A stretch of DNA of 63,471 nucleotides, the filler included, from Octopus bimaculoides (taxonomy: Eukaryota), in NCBI RefSeq assembly GCF_001194135.2. It is 7 parts of 6 records of this genome, joined end to end, with 100 filler letters (N's around TTAATTAATTAA, not from the genome) between each part and the next. Parts side by side here need not be neighbours in the genome. Positions count along the whole stretch, not along the records: positions 47,680 to 60,306 come from NC_068994.1; positions 60,407 to 63,471 come from NC_069001.1; 5 more parts are not named here. One strand, written 5' to 3'. Numbering within the stretch: the first letter of the stretch is position 1; the number at the start of each line of letters is the position of its first letter. Shown here piece by piece: positions 51,301 through 63,471 of the stretch. Made by a program: the position numbers and the translations under genes. Under the pieces are notes generated by a model. The model was not told the origin of the DNA, ran no database searches, and was given only the letters and a program-made list of their open reading frames with translations.

Positions 51301-51585
51301 TATGTCAGGTCGTTCTTGGGCGATACCGGTAACATGTAACAGAACAACCTGTTGCATGGTCTGGTCGTCGGGGACTGAACTGGCAACCTCACCAAGCTTA
51401 CTTGATGAAGAGGGTGATTGTTGGACACCCTTGAGGACGAAAAATAAGGCCTGTCAAAAGGTGAAAGAGCTCATGAGTAGTCAACGGCCATCCAACATTA
51501 TGTATACATATGTATGTATGTATGCATGTATGTATGTATGTATATGAACGTACATAGATATATATTGATGTCTTTATAAATGCAT

Positions 51586-54310
51586 TGTTGTTGTTGTTGG
51601 CATCCTTTTGTCTCGGGAGACAATGGAGTTGCGCATAAAATAATCCAGTCCGGTTTTTCCATTTCATGTCATTTACCTCTCCTGCTGTGGCTGCGTAGTC
51701 CTACCCTGGCAGGGGCCGCAAATGTAGCGAAGGCTTTGCCTGGCTGGTTGTGATGTCATGGCTTCTTGCTGACGTCTTTTCTTGTCTTTCCATTTCTCCT
51801 CTCTCCCTCTGTCACTCCTTTGTGTTCCCTCTTCTATGGTGCGTCATCAATCTCCACGGTTGCTGGCAACCGCTTCCCAGTTGCTAATATTGATGTTGCA
51901 GGCCTTCATGTCCCTTTTGCAAACATCCTTGTATGGTAAGAACAGTCTTCCCACAGACCTAGTGCCCCTAGCAAGCACTCTGTAGAGTATGTCCTTGGGG
52001 ATTCTGCCATCTTCCATACGACTAACTTGTCCAAGCCATCTCATACGTCTTTGTGTGAGGAGTCAAACATGCTTGCTTGAGGACATCTTTGTTGGGGACA
52101 CAATTCTGCCATCTGATGCCATGGATTATCCGGAAGCTGCGCAGGTGAAAGATATTTAGGCGACGCTCTTGGCGGGTGTATGGCGTCCAGGTCTCACTGC
52201 CATACAGTAGAGTGCTAAGTATACATGCCTGGTAAATCTTCACTTTTTTGGTCTTGGTCACCTTATGCCCGTTTGGAAAGTTGGGCCATCACAGCAGCTG
52301 CCTTGCCAATGCGTACATTGATCTCGGCATCAAGGGATAGGTTGAAGGTGACGGTAGAGCCACGAGAGGTAAATTCCTCCATCTCCCGTGGTCTCCTATA
52401 TGTATGTTTAGGATGTCCGATGTAGCTGACCCATGATGTTGGTCTTCTTGAGGGTGATAACTAAGCCAAAGTCGCTACATGCTTGCTCAAAGCAGTTGAT
52501 GAGCCTTTGCAGTGCTTCTTCTGTGTATGATACCAGAGCGGCATCATCAGCAAAGAGCATCTCCTTGATCAGGACACTTCTGATTTTGGTCTTGGCACGC
52601 AGACGCGAGAGATTGAACAGTTGAACAGTTTCCAGTCACATCTACTATGCAGAAACACTCCATCATCTGATGTCTCGAAGGGATTGACAGCAGCAGCGAG
52701 AAGATGCCAAATAATGTAGGAGCAAGGACACAGCCTTGCTTTACCCCGTTTCTTATTTGGAAGGCGGCTGATGTTGAACCATTGTGCTGTATAGTGCCTT
52801 GCATATCATCATGGGAAGATTTGATGATCCTCAACTGCTTTGGTGGACATCCGATTTTTTGAAGCAGGATGAAGAGGCCTTTTCTACTTACCAATACAAA
52901 GGCCTTTGTTAGACCAATGAAGGCCATATATAATGGCATTTTCTGCTCTCTGGAATTCTCCTGAAGTTGGCGTATGGAGAATTATCATGTCAATAGTTGA
53001 TCTGCTTCTTCAAAAGCCACACTGCGATTCTGGATAAATTCGAGAAGCAAGCAGTTGTAGCCTGGACAGGATAACGCGAGCAAATGTCTTTCCAATAGTG
53101 CTGAGAAGAGATACTCCACGGTAATTGTTACAATCACCACGGTCACCTTTGTTTTTGTAAAGCGTAATGATGTTAGCATCCTGCATATCCACGAGTCATG
53201 GAGAGATCCCACGCGAGCGTTAAAATCTCCTAGGAGGTAGATGTTTTCGTTGGTTGGTATGTTTCTAATGACACAGTTGAGATCTTTGTAGAACTGGTCC
53301 TTGGTCTCCACTGAGCTATAGAGAGTGGGAGCATAGATGCTCAGTAAATGTGCTGAGCCAGACGGGCTCTAGAAGCGCAGAGAGAGGATACGCTCAGTGC
53401 CTCCTGATGGAGTTCTATTGAGGAGAGTAATGAGTTTCTCACTGCAAAGCCAACACCATGCTGACGAGGTTCCTCTGGATATCTTCCCTGCAGAAAGAAG
53501 GTGAAATCTTGTTCTTTGAGTTTGTCGTTTGTGGTGAGTCGTGTCTCCTGCAGTCCAGCAATGTCTATGTTGAGCCTTTTTAGTTCGCGGTCAATGATGG
53601 CCGTCTTTCGTGTCTCCAACCCTAAGTAGGTCATCAGATATGCCAGGGCACATGGTCCTGATATTCCAGCTTGCTAACCGCAGGACTGGTGGCTTCTTTT
53701 CTTTTGATTGTTTGCCTGGTGCAGAGATTTCAGGCTGTTTTTCAAGTCAAACTCTTAGCTCCAAGCACTCAATGAAGCAGGCGGCCTGTGGCAGATCAGC
53801 ACCTTAGTAACCGGGGGCTGCCCAGCTTGAGGTGGGCAGTAGCTAACTAATAGGACACGAGGGTCCCTCCCACCCTCAGAGGTAACCCGTAGCGCCCATA
53901 TCCTAAGCCAATCAGAATGGACTTATCACTCGTGACTGCTACCTCCCGCGTTTTTTCTGCCAGTTTCTACAGCAGCAATGAAGTTTCCTCTCCAGTTTTG
54001 CGCAGGCCTGGGCTAAATATAAGAAAATCCTTGGGCTACCCAATCGTCAGGATTCCTCTCTCGACCTTGCTGACGTAGTCCAAAGGTGTGCAGAGCATTA
54101 CGTTTGGCACCAGCTTGGGTGCAGGAGCTGCCGGAAGTGTCGAGTCGAGCACTAAACCGCCTTCGGGGCTCCACCCCGGATTTCTTTGAAGGTTGTCTCT
54201 TTTCCGTAACCCTGGATAGGGGCCCATACCGGGTACTGTCAGCCGGAGTCAGCTGAGCCCGGGACTCGTGTCAGGCAGAGTCGTCACTCTTTGAAGTAGT
54301 GAAGAAAATC
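51586..54310 (-). mobile_element. RTE LINE with 5' UTR, APE endonuclease, RT and (CAA)n tail; internal deletion near 53190
   Basis: LASWNIRTM, NIDIAGLQETR, HGVGFAV, IYLLGDFNARVG, DANIITLYKNKGDRGDCNNYRGVSLL, ESQCGF, GVKQGCVLAP, LFADDA, TLLYGSETW, RWLGQVSRMEDGRIPK. Many frameshifts. Confidence 0.95.
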
Positions 54311-54332
54311 GCTACCCATTACCTAAACATAC

Positions 54333-54363
<31 letters not shown>

Positions 54364-54447
54364 TGTATGTATGTAGACATGCATAATCTACGTTAAATGA
54401 AGAAATGGTGACGAGTAGATATTCTGTAAATAATTATAAGTTATTGT

Positions 54448-54609
54448 GTCATTCACTTTTAGTGCCTTGTTAATTTAACACACTCACCGGCTCGATTTTC
54501 AATGATTTACTTATCTATTTTAAAATAATATAAAATAAATAAATAAGTAAATGAGTGGAAATCGGTCCGGTGAGTGTGTTAAATTAATAAGGCACTAAAA
54601 GAGAATGAC
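54448..54609. repeat. Foldback element, ~75-bp arms
   Basis: GTCATTCACTTTTAGTGCCTTGTTAATTTAACACACTCACCGG ... CCGGTGAGTGTGTTAAATTAATAAGGCACTAAAAGAGAATGAC. Confidence 0.92.
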
Positions 54610-54704
54610 CCTCACCAGACACAATAAAATATGCTTGAACACACGAATTTACATAAAGAATCTTGCAAACCAAATACAAAAACAAAATAATTAAATGCTG
54701 TAAG

Positions 54705-54885
54705 CTTATAAGCGTTCACGGTGTATTGGGTATAGAAAATAGTCTAATATTGGGGCATATAAGCCCTCGACGGAAAAAAAATGACTATTAGTACGCGTAC
54801 TAATAGCCATTTTATTCCGTCGAGTCTTTATATACCCCAATGTAACACTTTTTTCTATACCCAGTGCATGGTGAACTCTTATAAG
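54705..54885. repeat. Loopless foldback element, ~90-bp arms
   Basis: Centre CTATTAGTACG|CGTACTAATAG, termini CTTATAAG; arms clearly complementary with scattered mismatches. Confidence 0.92.
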
Positions 54886-55269
54886 TTTATAAAAAGAGTT
54901 TATAATTATTATTTANNNNNNNNNNNNNNNNNNNNNNNNNNNNNNNNNNNNNNNNNNNNNNNNNNNNNNNNNNNNNNNNNNNNNNNNNNNNNNNNNNNNN
55001 NNNNNNNNNNNNNNNNNNNNNNNNNNNNNNNNNNNNNNNNNNNNNNNNNNNNNNNNNNNNNNNNNNNNNTATATATATACATATATATATATATATAAAT
55101 AAATGAAAAGAATGTGTGGTAAATAAACAAACGACATAACGTATACTGAATGTAAAAACGAATGGGAGATAAACAGAATGTCCGTAATTCTTCATCAGTT
55201 ATCGACCAATTGGCAATATTCAGTTTCGCACCCTTACTGATAAGACTTAGGGCTTCCCAATATATATAT

Positions 55270-55480
55270 TTTTATTCTTTTATTTGTTTCAGTCATTTGG
55301 CTGCAGCTATGCTGGAGCATCACCTTTTAGTATAGCAAATCGACCCCGTGAACTTATTCTTTGTAAGCCTAGTACTTATTTTATCGGTCTTTTGCTGAAC
55401 CGCTAGGTTACAGCGACTTAAACACACCAGCATCGGTTGTCAAGCGATGTTGGGGAGACAAACACAGACGCACAAACATA
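55270..55480 (-). mobile_element. SINE A 3' half
   Basis: Matches 15530-15720. Confidence 0.8.
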
Positions 55481-56109
55481 TTCAAGCAAGAAAAGATATA
55501 AATCCATAACACTCACTCTTAAGATAATGCTATTCGTCACGGAATTTCGTTAGTGAAAAATGTATGCACAAATGTATATATGAAAGCGTATTAAAAACAA
55601 GTCAATAAATATACTAGATAGCGTCTGAATTTTTGAACAGTTAATTATCATAACTTGAAACGTGCTTCATCTAAAAGAACTGCATAGAGCTATATCAATA
55701 ATATGTACTTGTATGTGTATAAACTTACAGTTGTTATAGTAAATAACGTTTGTCTTTAAATATCAGCTTTATTAAACCGAAACAGCATAAATAAACCGTA
55801 TATATAAAGTTAAAAGTTGTGTAACATGAATACATAGGCATGTATGTCAGAATATAAGTGGTAATAAAGTATAAAAGAGTGATCAAAAGTATAGAAAAAG
55901 GTTACATATTTTGGTACGCCATATTAGCATAAAGTTACAAAGGACATTTCTTACTGCTGGTTAAATAATTAGAAGCTAGAGAGTAAAATATTGCATAATT
56001 CTGATATGGAAAGCTGTCAAAACTTTTTGAGTGCGGAGCTTTGATAGTAGTAGTTTGAAGGGGAATATTTTTGTAAGAGTTGTGTGTATGTGTGTGTGTG
56101 CATGTGCGT

Positions 56110-56118
56110 GTAGTAGTG

Positions 56119-56166
<48 letters not shown>

Positions 56167-56167
56167 A

Positions 56168-56200
<33 letters not shown>

Positions 56201-56225
56201 CAGCAGCAGCAGTAGCGGGTGATAA
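56110..56225. repeat. (AGT)n microsatellite
   Basis: Directly visible. Confidence 0.95.
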
Positions 56226-56779
56226 TAACGTCTAAGTTAACGAATTTATATTACTCTACATTACTGCTTGCGTTTCAAAGATATCAAAACTCTATCCCAT
56301 TTATATTTTACTTGTTCTATGCAGTCGTTCTGCTAGGTACTTCGTTGTAAAATGTGGATACTTTGTTAAATGGCTAAATTGTAGTCATTTGAAATAAAGT
56401 ATATAGTATTAAGAATACATTTTAAAGTAATTTTTTAGTAATACTATTGAGTTGTATGGATATTTTGAAAAGATATTGAAGTTGTTTATTTGGTCTTTGT
56501 AATGTACATACTGAGTGTTGTCTAGTTTAAATATACTTTCGGACGAATATCAACTTAGGAGAAACTCAGTTTATATATAGGTTTAGCCGTTAAATCGTTA
56601 AAAAAATCTGAATTTAAAAACTACGAAAAATTTTGTTTAATAGACACAAATGTCTAACTTCAAGTAATAATGAAAATACAAGTTTTTCATTTTTTTACAA
56701 AAGCTGAATTTTTAAACTAAAATGAAAATCTTTTAAAATCTATAAACATTGAACAAAAAGAGCCCAGTCGTAAATTTAT

Positions 56780-58620
56780 AGCGCCGCTTTTCTTCATTTT
56801 TCTTTAACATTTATTTTCAAATTTATGGGGCTTGTTTCATAATTTCTTGAACCGTTAAAATATTTCTTAAATCGCATGTATATTACCTTTCCACAATGGA
56901 CACAATTTCCGTGCACCCTTCAGCCCGTATATGGTCATATCTTAATATTTCTTTTCCTATTAGTCATATATCGAGCATAATCCCATTTTAGGTCATCATT
57001 ATTATAATAATTTCTATTTGCCCCATTAAAACAACTGCTCCCTTTTTACTACCCCTAACATATTTATAAATGATAAATGTCCGTTTCTATCATTGTTTAT
57101 AAAACTCTAATTAGAGAGACTACAAAATTTGTCATCTTGAAAAGTTCTCACATTGAGCTTTCAAACTTGTTTCCATGTAATAAAAAACGTCTATATTAAT
57201 AAATAAGCTTTTTTTGTATTAAAGAGGACTTTATAAATATATACTGTCCTTCAAACGGTGCAATAATAGATATGCATTCCAATGAAAAAAGCTACTGTTT
57301 TTAAAATAAATTTTACCGAAATACTTCTTACGGAAACTTCTCTGAGGATTATATTCTTGCATTGCTTGAAAGACATCCAATAATCTCCGCTGGTTTATAT
57401 CGAGACAACCGCTTGCTATTATTAAGTAGCTTTAATCTAAAAAACTACTGATAGATTACTCTTAAGAAACTCAATAATCTTTTCAAAATGTAAGTTTCTC
57501 TAGTAAAACTGACGCTCATATAAAAATTCGTCTATATTTGTGATGTTATATTTAAGCAAGACAGCTCTCAATATGCACCTTATAAAAATCAAATAAAATG
57601 CTTCAATATATTTCAGAAATATGCAGACAGCCCAATAGTGTTATTAAAAATGTAGATATAAATGTATCTTAAAGGCTATATACTTTATTTTCCATCGGGC
57701 CCATTTAAACAGTTTAATGAAGCGTTCAGTAGCACGGCAACACATAAACAGTAAAACATAACCAAAAGAATATAGTTTTAATAACTTTAGAGCATAAACA
57801 AATTCTATATGAACATTAGTATAATCCGGTATAATCTGTCGTTCAACTTATAAAGTTTTAATATCTGTAGCCAAAATTAAAAACAAAATTACTGCAGTAT
57901 TTCCCACTAAACCACAAATATCACATACTCCTACCATACTGACAGAATTTTAGAATACTAAAACACTTAAATAATAATTATTATGGTTTCAAATTTTGCC
58001 ACAAGGGCAGAAATTTGGGGGAAGGGATTAAGCCGATTACATCGACCCACGTGTTCAACTGGTACTTATTTTAGCGGCCCCTAAAACTTGAAAGACAAAG
58101 TCGACTCTTGCGGAATTTGAACTCAGACCGTAGCAGCAAACGAAATACCGCTCAGCATTTCGCTCCGTGTGCTAAAGATTCTGCCAGCACGCCGTCTTCA
58201 TAATCATAATAATAATACGTACATCTTTATGAAAGTTATTGATGTAACGGAAAAAAAATGAAGGGTAATTGTAGTAATAGTTCTGTAATTACACTGATAG
58301 ATCTGTTATTGATATTCGTAATAATGATAAACCTGTAGTGGATATTAACAATGAGAATACTTGCAGTGATAAATTCGCGAGCAATAATATTACTTATAGG
58401 AATGAAAAACACAACTGACAACACTATGAGTAGGAATAGCAGTACCAATAATATTGATGGTACCATTAAAGCACGCAAATATTGATACCACAAATCCAAA
58501 GGCTGACTGAACAAACGCAATAATGACATAATATGGTTTAACCCACCTTGGACAGCCGTTCTCAAAAGCTATTAACTCCCTAAGACAAAAGTTTTCACAC
58601 ACCCAGTAAATATTATTAAA
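56780..58620. mobile_element. Mosaic of highly decayed Penelope-like fragments
   Basis: AGLYRDNRLL (~57388, +), IIWFNPPW (~58525, +), RKRNIKI (~56940, -); interrupted by a SINE B. Confidence 0.5.
57995..58198 (-). mobile_element. SINE B
   Basis: GGATTAAG.CGATTACATCGACCC..GGAATTTGAACTCAG..GATTCTGCCAGC.CGCC. Confidence 0.8.
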
Positions 58621-58759
58621 TCTTGAATAAACGTAGGATAAAAATTTCTTTTTTAACCTTAACGAAATTTGAAAACATGCTGGATATAAATAGGTGAGTT
58701 ATGAAAATAGTCGTCACATTGGAACTAGCGTCAATAATAATGTTAATAACAATAATAAA

Positions 58760-59477
<718 letters not shown>

Positions 59478-59502
59478 NNNNNNNNNNATAATAATAATAA
59501 TA

Positions 59503-59609
<107 letters not shown>

Positions 59610-59637
59610 TACTACTACTACTATTATTATTATTATT

Positions 59638-60306
59638 GAATGAAAGAGCAGTGCATGCCATCAAAGTGACACAGGGGTAAAATATACGAATCCCATTATA
59701 CCCATCATGACTACCCGTCTGATAAGGGTACACCAGGCACATGGATCATAACCATATGTGCGCGACATGGTGATCTCATATCAGATTAACAGCGCATGAC
59801 CTCGCAGTTGGGGCCCACTTAGAATTTTCTTTAGGTCAGGTAGCCCATCTCGCTCAAAAGGTCCTTGAATAAGGTTTGTTCACGGATGTTGAGCAAAATT
59901 ATGTGTTTGTTTTAAAATTTGAGATCACATAGACAGTATTTTACGTAGGATATGGGCAGTTCCCATGAGCACTATCTTTTGAAATTCAGCCATTCTGGGG
60001 TTTGGGGTTACCTGGTATCTGAGCTAGGTAGTAATCAGCCTGTTTCGCTGTCATTCTCAGGGCACCTATGACAATAGGTATTGTTTTCGTCTTCAGATTC
60101 CACATTTTGCTAATTTCTATTTCAAGATCTTTATATTTGCTCAGTTTTTGGTAGGTCTTGACAGATACGTTTATATCGATTGGGACAGTCATATCAATGA
60201 GGAGACATGATTTTTGTCTGAAGTCTTTCAGTATGATGTCTGGCCTATTTGCGTCCATCTTTCTGTCAGTTTGAATGGTGAAGTTCCAGAGGAGTGCGAT
60301 GTGATC
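59638..60306 (-). mobile_element. RLE-type LINE 3' end (endonuclease + 3' UTR)
   Basis: ANRPDII..CLLIDMTVP..KLSKYKDLEIEI..IPIVIGAL. The 3' UTR also matches 40594-40650. Confidence 0.9.
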
Positions 60307-60406
60307 NNNNNNNNNNNNNNNNNNNNNNNNNNNNNNNNNNNNNNNNNNNNTTAATTAATTAANNNNNNNNNNNNNNNNNNNNNNNNNNNNNNNNNNNNNN
60401 NNNNNN
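60307..60406. other. Artificial 100-bp scaffold-join spacer
   Basis: 44N-TTAATTAATTAA-44N. Confidence 0.97.
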
Positions 60407-61647
60407 AGGAGGAATTTAAATGATTAAAAACAGGAGATACATATAAAAAAACATACATACATACATACATACATACATACATACATACACATATGCGCGC
60501 ACACACACAGATACACATACATATACATACATACATGCACACACATAGATACACACATACATACATGAATACATACATACACACACAGATACACACATAT
60601 ACATACACACACAGATACACACACATACACACATGCACACACACATACATACACACACATACATGCATGCATACATACATACATACATACATAAATACAT
60701 ACATACATACATACATACATAAATACATACATACATACACACGTACATACATACACACGTACATACATACATAGACAAATACAAGAAAACGAGGACATCT
60801 ATGGACCATTGGTAAGTTCTTTGCAAATCCCGTACCAAAATACATTTTAAGCTTCATATCCTTTTTCATTGGAGCAACAGGTTACATACCAACTCGCCTG
60901 GAGCAAAGTCTGACTGAATTTAGGTGGGTGGTGGTGGGGGGGGGGGAGAACGCAAATCCTTAATTCGTACACTACAAATGAACGCGAAATGAGGGTCATA
61001 AAATCTGCAAGAAGTCCTTAAGATTTAAAGGATTATGAACGAAACAAAATGCTTTCCCTTATTACTTTGCGACCATGTAGGTGACTGGTCAGAATTTATT
61101 CAAAATTAAAGCGAGAAAGAGAACATATATTACATACATGTATATGCGTATGTATAGAAATATACGTCGTATTTATTTATGTATATACATACATATAAGC
61201 ATCTACACAAACATACGAAACCACACACACTGACACGCACAAACACACACATAAGTACACACATATATATACACACAAACGTTAATAATAGCAACCAATG
61301 GAAGACTGATCGCTCGATATAGGATATAAAGTATTCATAAGATATTGGAGTTAGTCAACTAGAACGTAAAATGAATGGAACCCTGGGGCTGGCCAAGCAC
61401 GAACTGTTACGTCATATGTGAATCTTCGGCCAATAATTTACAACTGTTCTGAACTGTCCGTTGTAGATTCATGCATGACTTGTATATTTGTGCCTGATAA
61501 AGCCCAGAATTCCTGCCAGTTTTCGTTCAAGATGACCGAACCATATAAATTTTATATGCTGTGTGTGGATAAGAAGATCGCTCTGTAACCACGATGTTTC
61601 AGGTTCAGTCTCACTGCATGTCACCTTGGGCAAGTGTGTGAGAGAAA

Positions 61648-62035
61648 GCACGTGGGTTAGGGGTTAGGGTATTCGGCTCATTATCGTAAGGACGTGAGTT
61701 CGATTCCCGGCGCCGCGATGTGTCCTTCAACAAGACGCTTTATTTCACATTGTGCCATTCGGCTCAGCTGTAGTACCCATATTTTAAAGACCCAGTCTTG
61801 TCACACTCTGTGTATTATGCTGAGTCTCCCTGAGAACCATGTTAAAGGTACGCGTGGTTTCGGAGTGCTCAGCCACTTGCACAATTAGTTTCATGAGATG
61901 GATGTACCGTTGATCGGATCAACTGAAAGCCTCGTGGTCGTAACCGACGGAGTGCCGGTTGGTTAGCACCGGACCGACCAATGTTTTGAGAGGGAAACTG
62001 CGTGGAAGCCTGTCGTGTATGTATGCGTATATGTA
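61648..62035 (+). mobile_element. SINE family C
   Basis: B-box GAGTTCGATTCC, body as 29162-29489, tail GTCGTAACCGACGGAGTGCC. Confidence 0.8.
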
Positions 62036-62064
62036 TGTCTATGTATATATAAAGATACAGACAG

Positions 62065-62330
62065 ACAAACTTGAAAGAAATGATTCGTGAAGAAATCAAC
62101 GCAATATCACCTGAGATGACAGAGACTCATGGAGGACTTCCGGAAACCGCATCAATGTATTGCCAACGACGGCCGCCATTTGCCTAATATAGTCTTTAAA
62201 ACCCAGTAAAATCAACTGTTATTTATGTACTTTTCAGAAACATAATAAATTTTTCCTGGATGGTTGTGTTTTCTTTTTATATTTATTCTTGTTTTTATAT
62301 TCATAATGTGAAAGATCTTCATGCCCACCT
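62065..62330 (+). mobile_element. 3' end of a Tc1/mariner-superfamily transposase
   Basis: LKEMIREEINAISPEM..MEDFRK..CIANDGRHLPNIVFKT. Confidence 0.65.
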
Positions 62331-62344
62331 TGCATATATGTATA

Positions 62345-62750
62345 TCTGCGGCAAGAAGATTGCTTCCCAACCACATGGTTCCAGGTTTAAGTAGAAAGGA
62401 TATATATATATATANNNNNNNNNNNNNNNNNNNNNNNNNNNNNNNNNNNNNNNNNNNNNNNNNNNNNNNNNNNNNNNNNNNNNNNNNNNNNNNNNNNNNN
62501 NNNNNNNNNNNNNNNNNNNNNNNNNNNNTATATATATGTTTATCTGAGTGTGTGTCTTTCTGTCTGTGTTTGTTCCCCACCACCACTTGACAACCGTTGT
62601 TGGTGTGTTTGCACTCCCGTAACTTATCGGCTCGGCAAGGTAGCCCGATAGAATAAGTACAAGGTTTGAACAATAAGTACTGGGGACGATTCATTCAACT
62701 AAAAATTCAAGGCGGTGCCCCAGCATGGCCTCAGTCTAATGGCCAAAACA
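62345..62750 (+). mobile_element. SINE A (N gap inside)
   Basis: Family head and tail motifs. Confidence 0.8.
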
Positions 62751-63239
62751 AATTTGGCAGACGATAAAATACACCACAAATACACACAATATTATTCAAT
62801 GTTTTTCTTTTCCAAATTTGACCCCTAAATCAGCCAAATCAATAGAAATTTGAGTAAGATTTTGATTGCTATTTCAAACAAACCGATGGAGAGCTTTAAC
62901 AGAATCTGCTTTGTCTGCTATAAAAACGTTGTTGCAGTTGTTTTCTTAGCAGTCACTGCACATGTTGTTTACGTATTACTATTGCAGCGCTTGCTACGTA
63001 AATATGTCTTCCCAGTGCATAAAACCTCAACAAGATTACGTCGTTCATTGTACAAGTCTGCTTCCTATCTACCTCTCATATTAGCTTCCTGTTTCTTTTC
63101 GCTTTCTTTGCACTGCATTCTTTTTTCTTTTTCCTTTTTTCTTCTTCTTTTTCTATGTCTGTTCGTGATTCAGTTTGCACGCCTTGTCTAACTGTCAGTC
63201 TATTTCCTCGAATATCGGAATTTATCTTGTCTATCTGTC

Positions 63240-63302
63240 GATACATCTGTCTGTTTCTTTGTCTGTCTGTGTATCTGACTGTCTACCTGCCTGTCTCCCT
63301 CA

Positions 63303-63352
<50 letters not shown>

Positions 63353-63353
63353 T

Positions 63354-63390
<37 letters not shown>

Positions 63391-63471
63391 AACTATTTGT
63401 CTGTCTGTCTATCAATCTATTTCTCTCTCTCTCTTTCTCTCCCCCTCTTTCTCTCACAATATATATATATA
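63240..63471. repeat. (TCTG)n/(TCTA)n/(CT)n microsatellites
   Basis: Directly visible. Confidence 0.95.

Noticed and set aside
55170-55240. CTGATGAA on the minus strand with a GAAT/ATTC stem
   Set aside because: No GAAA after stem II and no workable topology.
61653-61672. GGGTTAGGGTTAGGG as a telomere remnant
   Set aside because: A mutated SINE C A-box (GGCTTAGTGGTTAGGG in other copies); only about two units.

Overview
AT-rich eukaryotic, repeat-dominated DNA with many N gaps. The repeat landscape (three tRNA-derived SINE families, RTE, CR1, restriction-like-endonuclease LINEs, Penelope-like elements, Tc1/mariner/maT, Gypsy LTRs, dense microsatellites) looks like a coleoid cephalopod, probably Octopus; this is an inference from pattern recall, not a database search. 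Six identical 100-bp spacers (44 N + TTAATTAATTAA + 44 N) show the window is seven separately assembled pieces, so adjacency across them is not evidence of linkage. Only one convincing host coding exon was found: signal peptide plus PAN/Apple domain, minus strand, 42854-43156. Most supplied ORFs are microsatellite or N-gap artefacts, or decayed transposon fragments. The most interesting signals are: (1) type I hammerhead ribozyme folds, including one with a complete core and a 100-nt nested-helix stem II inside a 48-bp inverted-repeat bracket, and a back-to-back pair forming a ~400-bp palindrome; (2) a gag-like ORF with no RT followed by a hammerhead-like fold; (3) RLE LINEs arrayed in (TAA)n microsatellites; (4) several foldback elements, one with a TTAGGG core. 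Repeat boundaries are approximate (read by eye).
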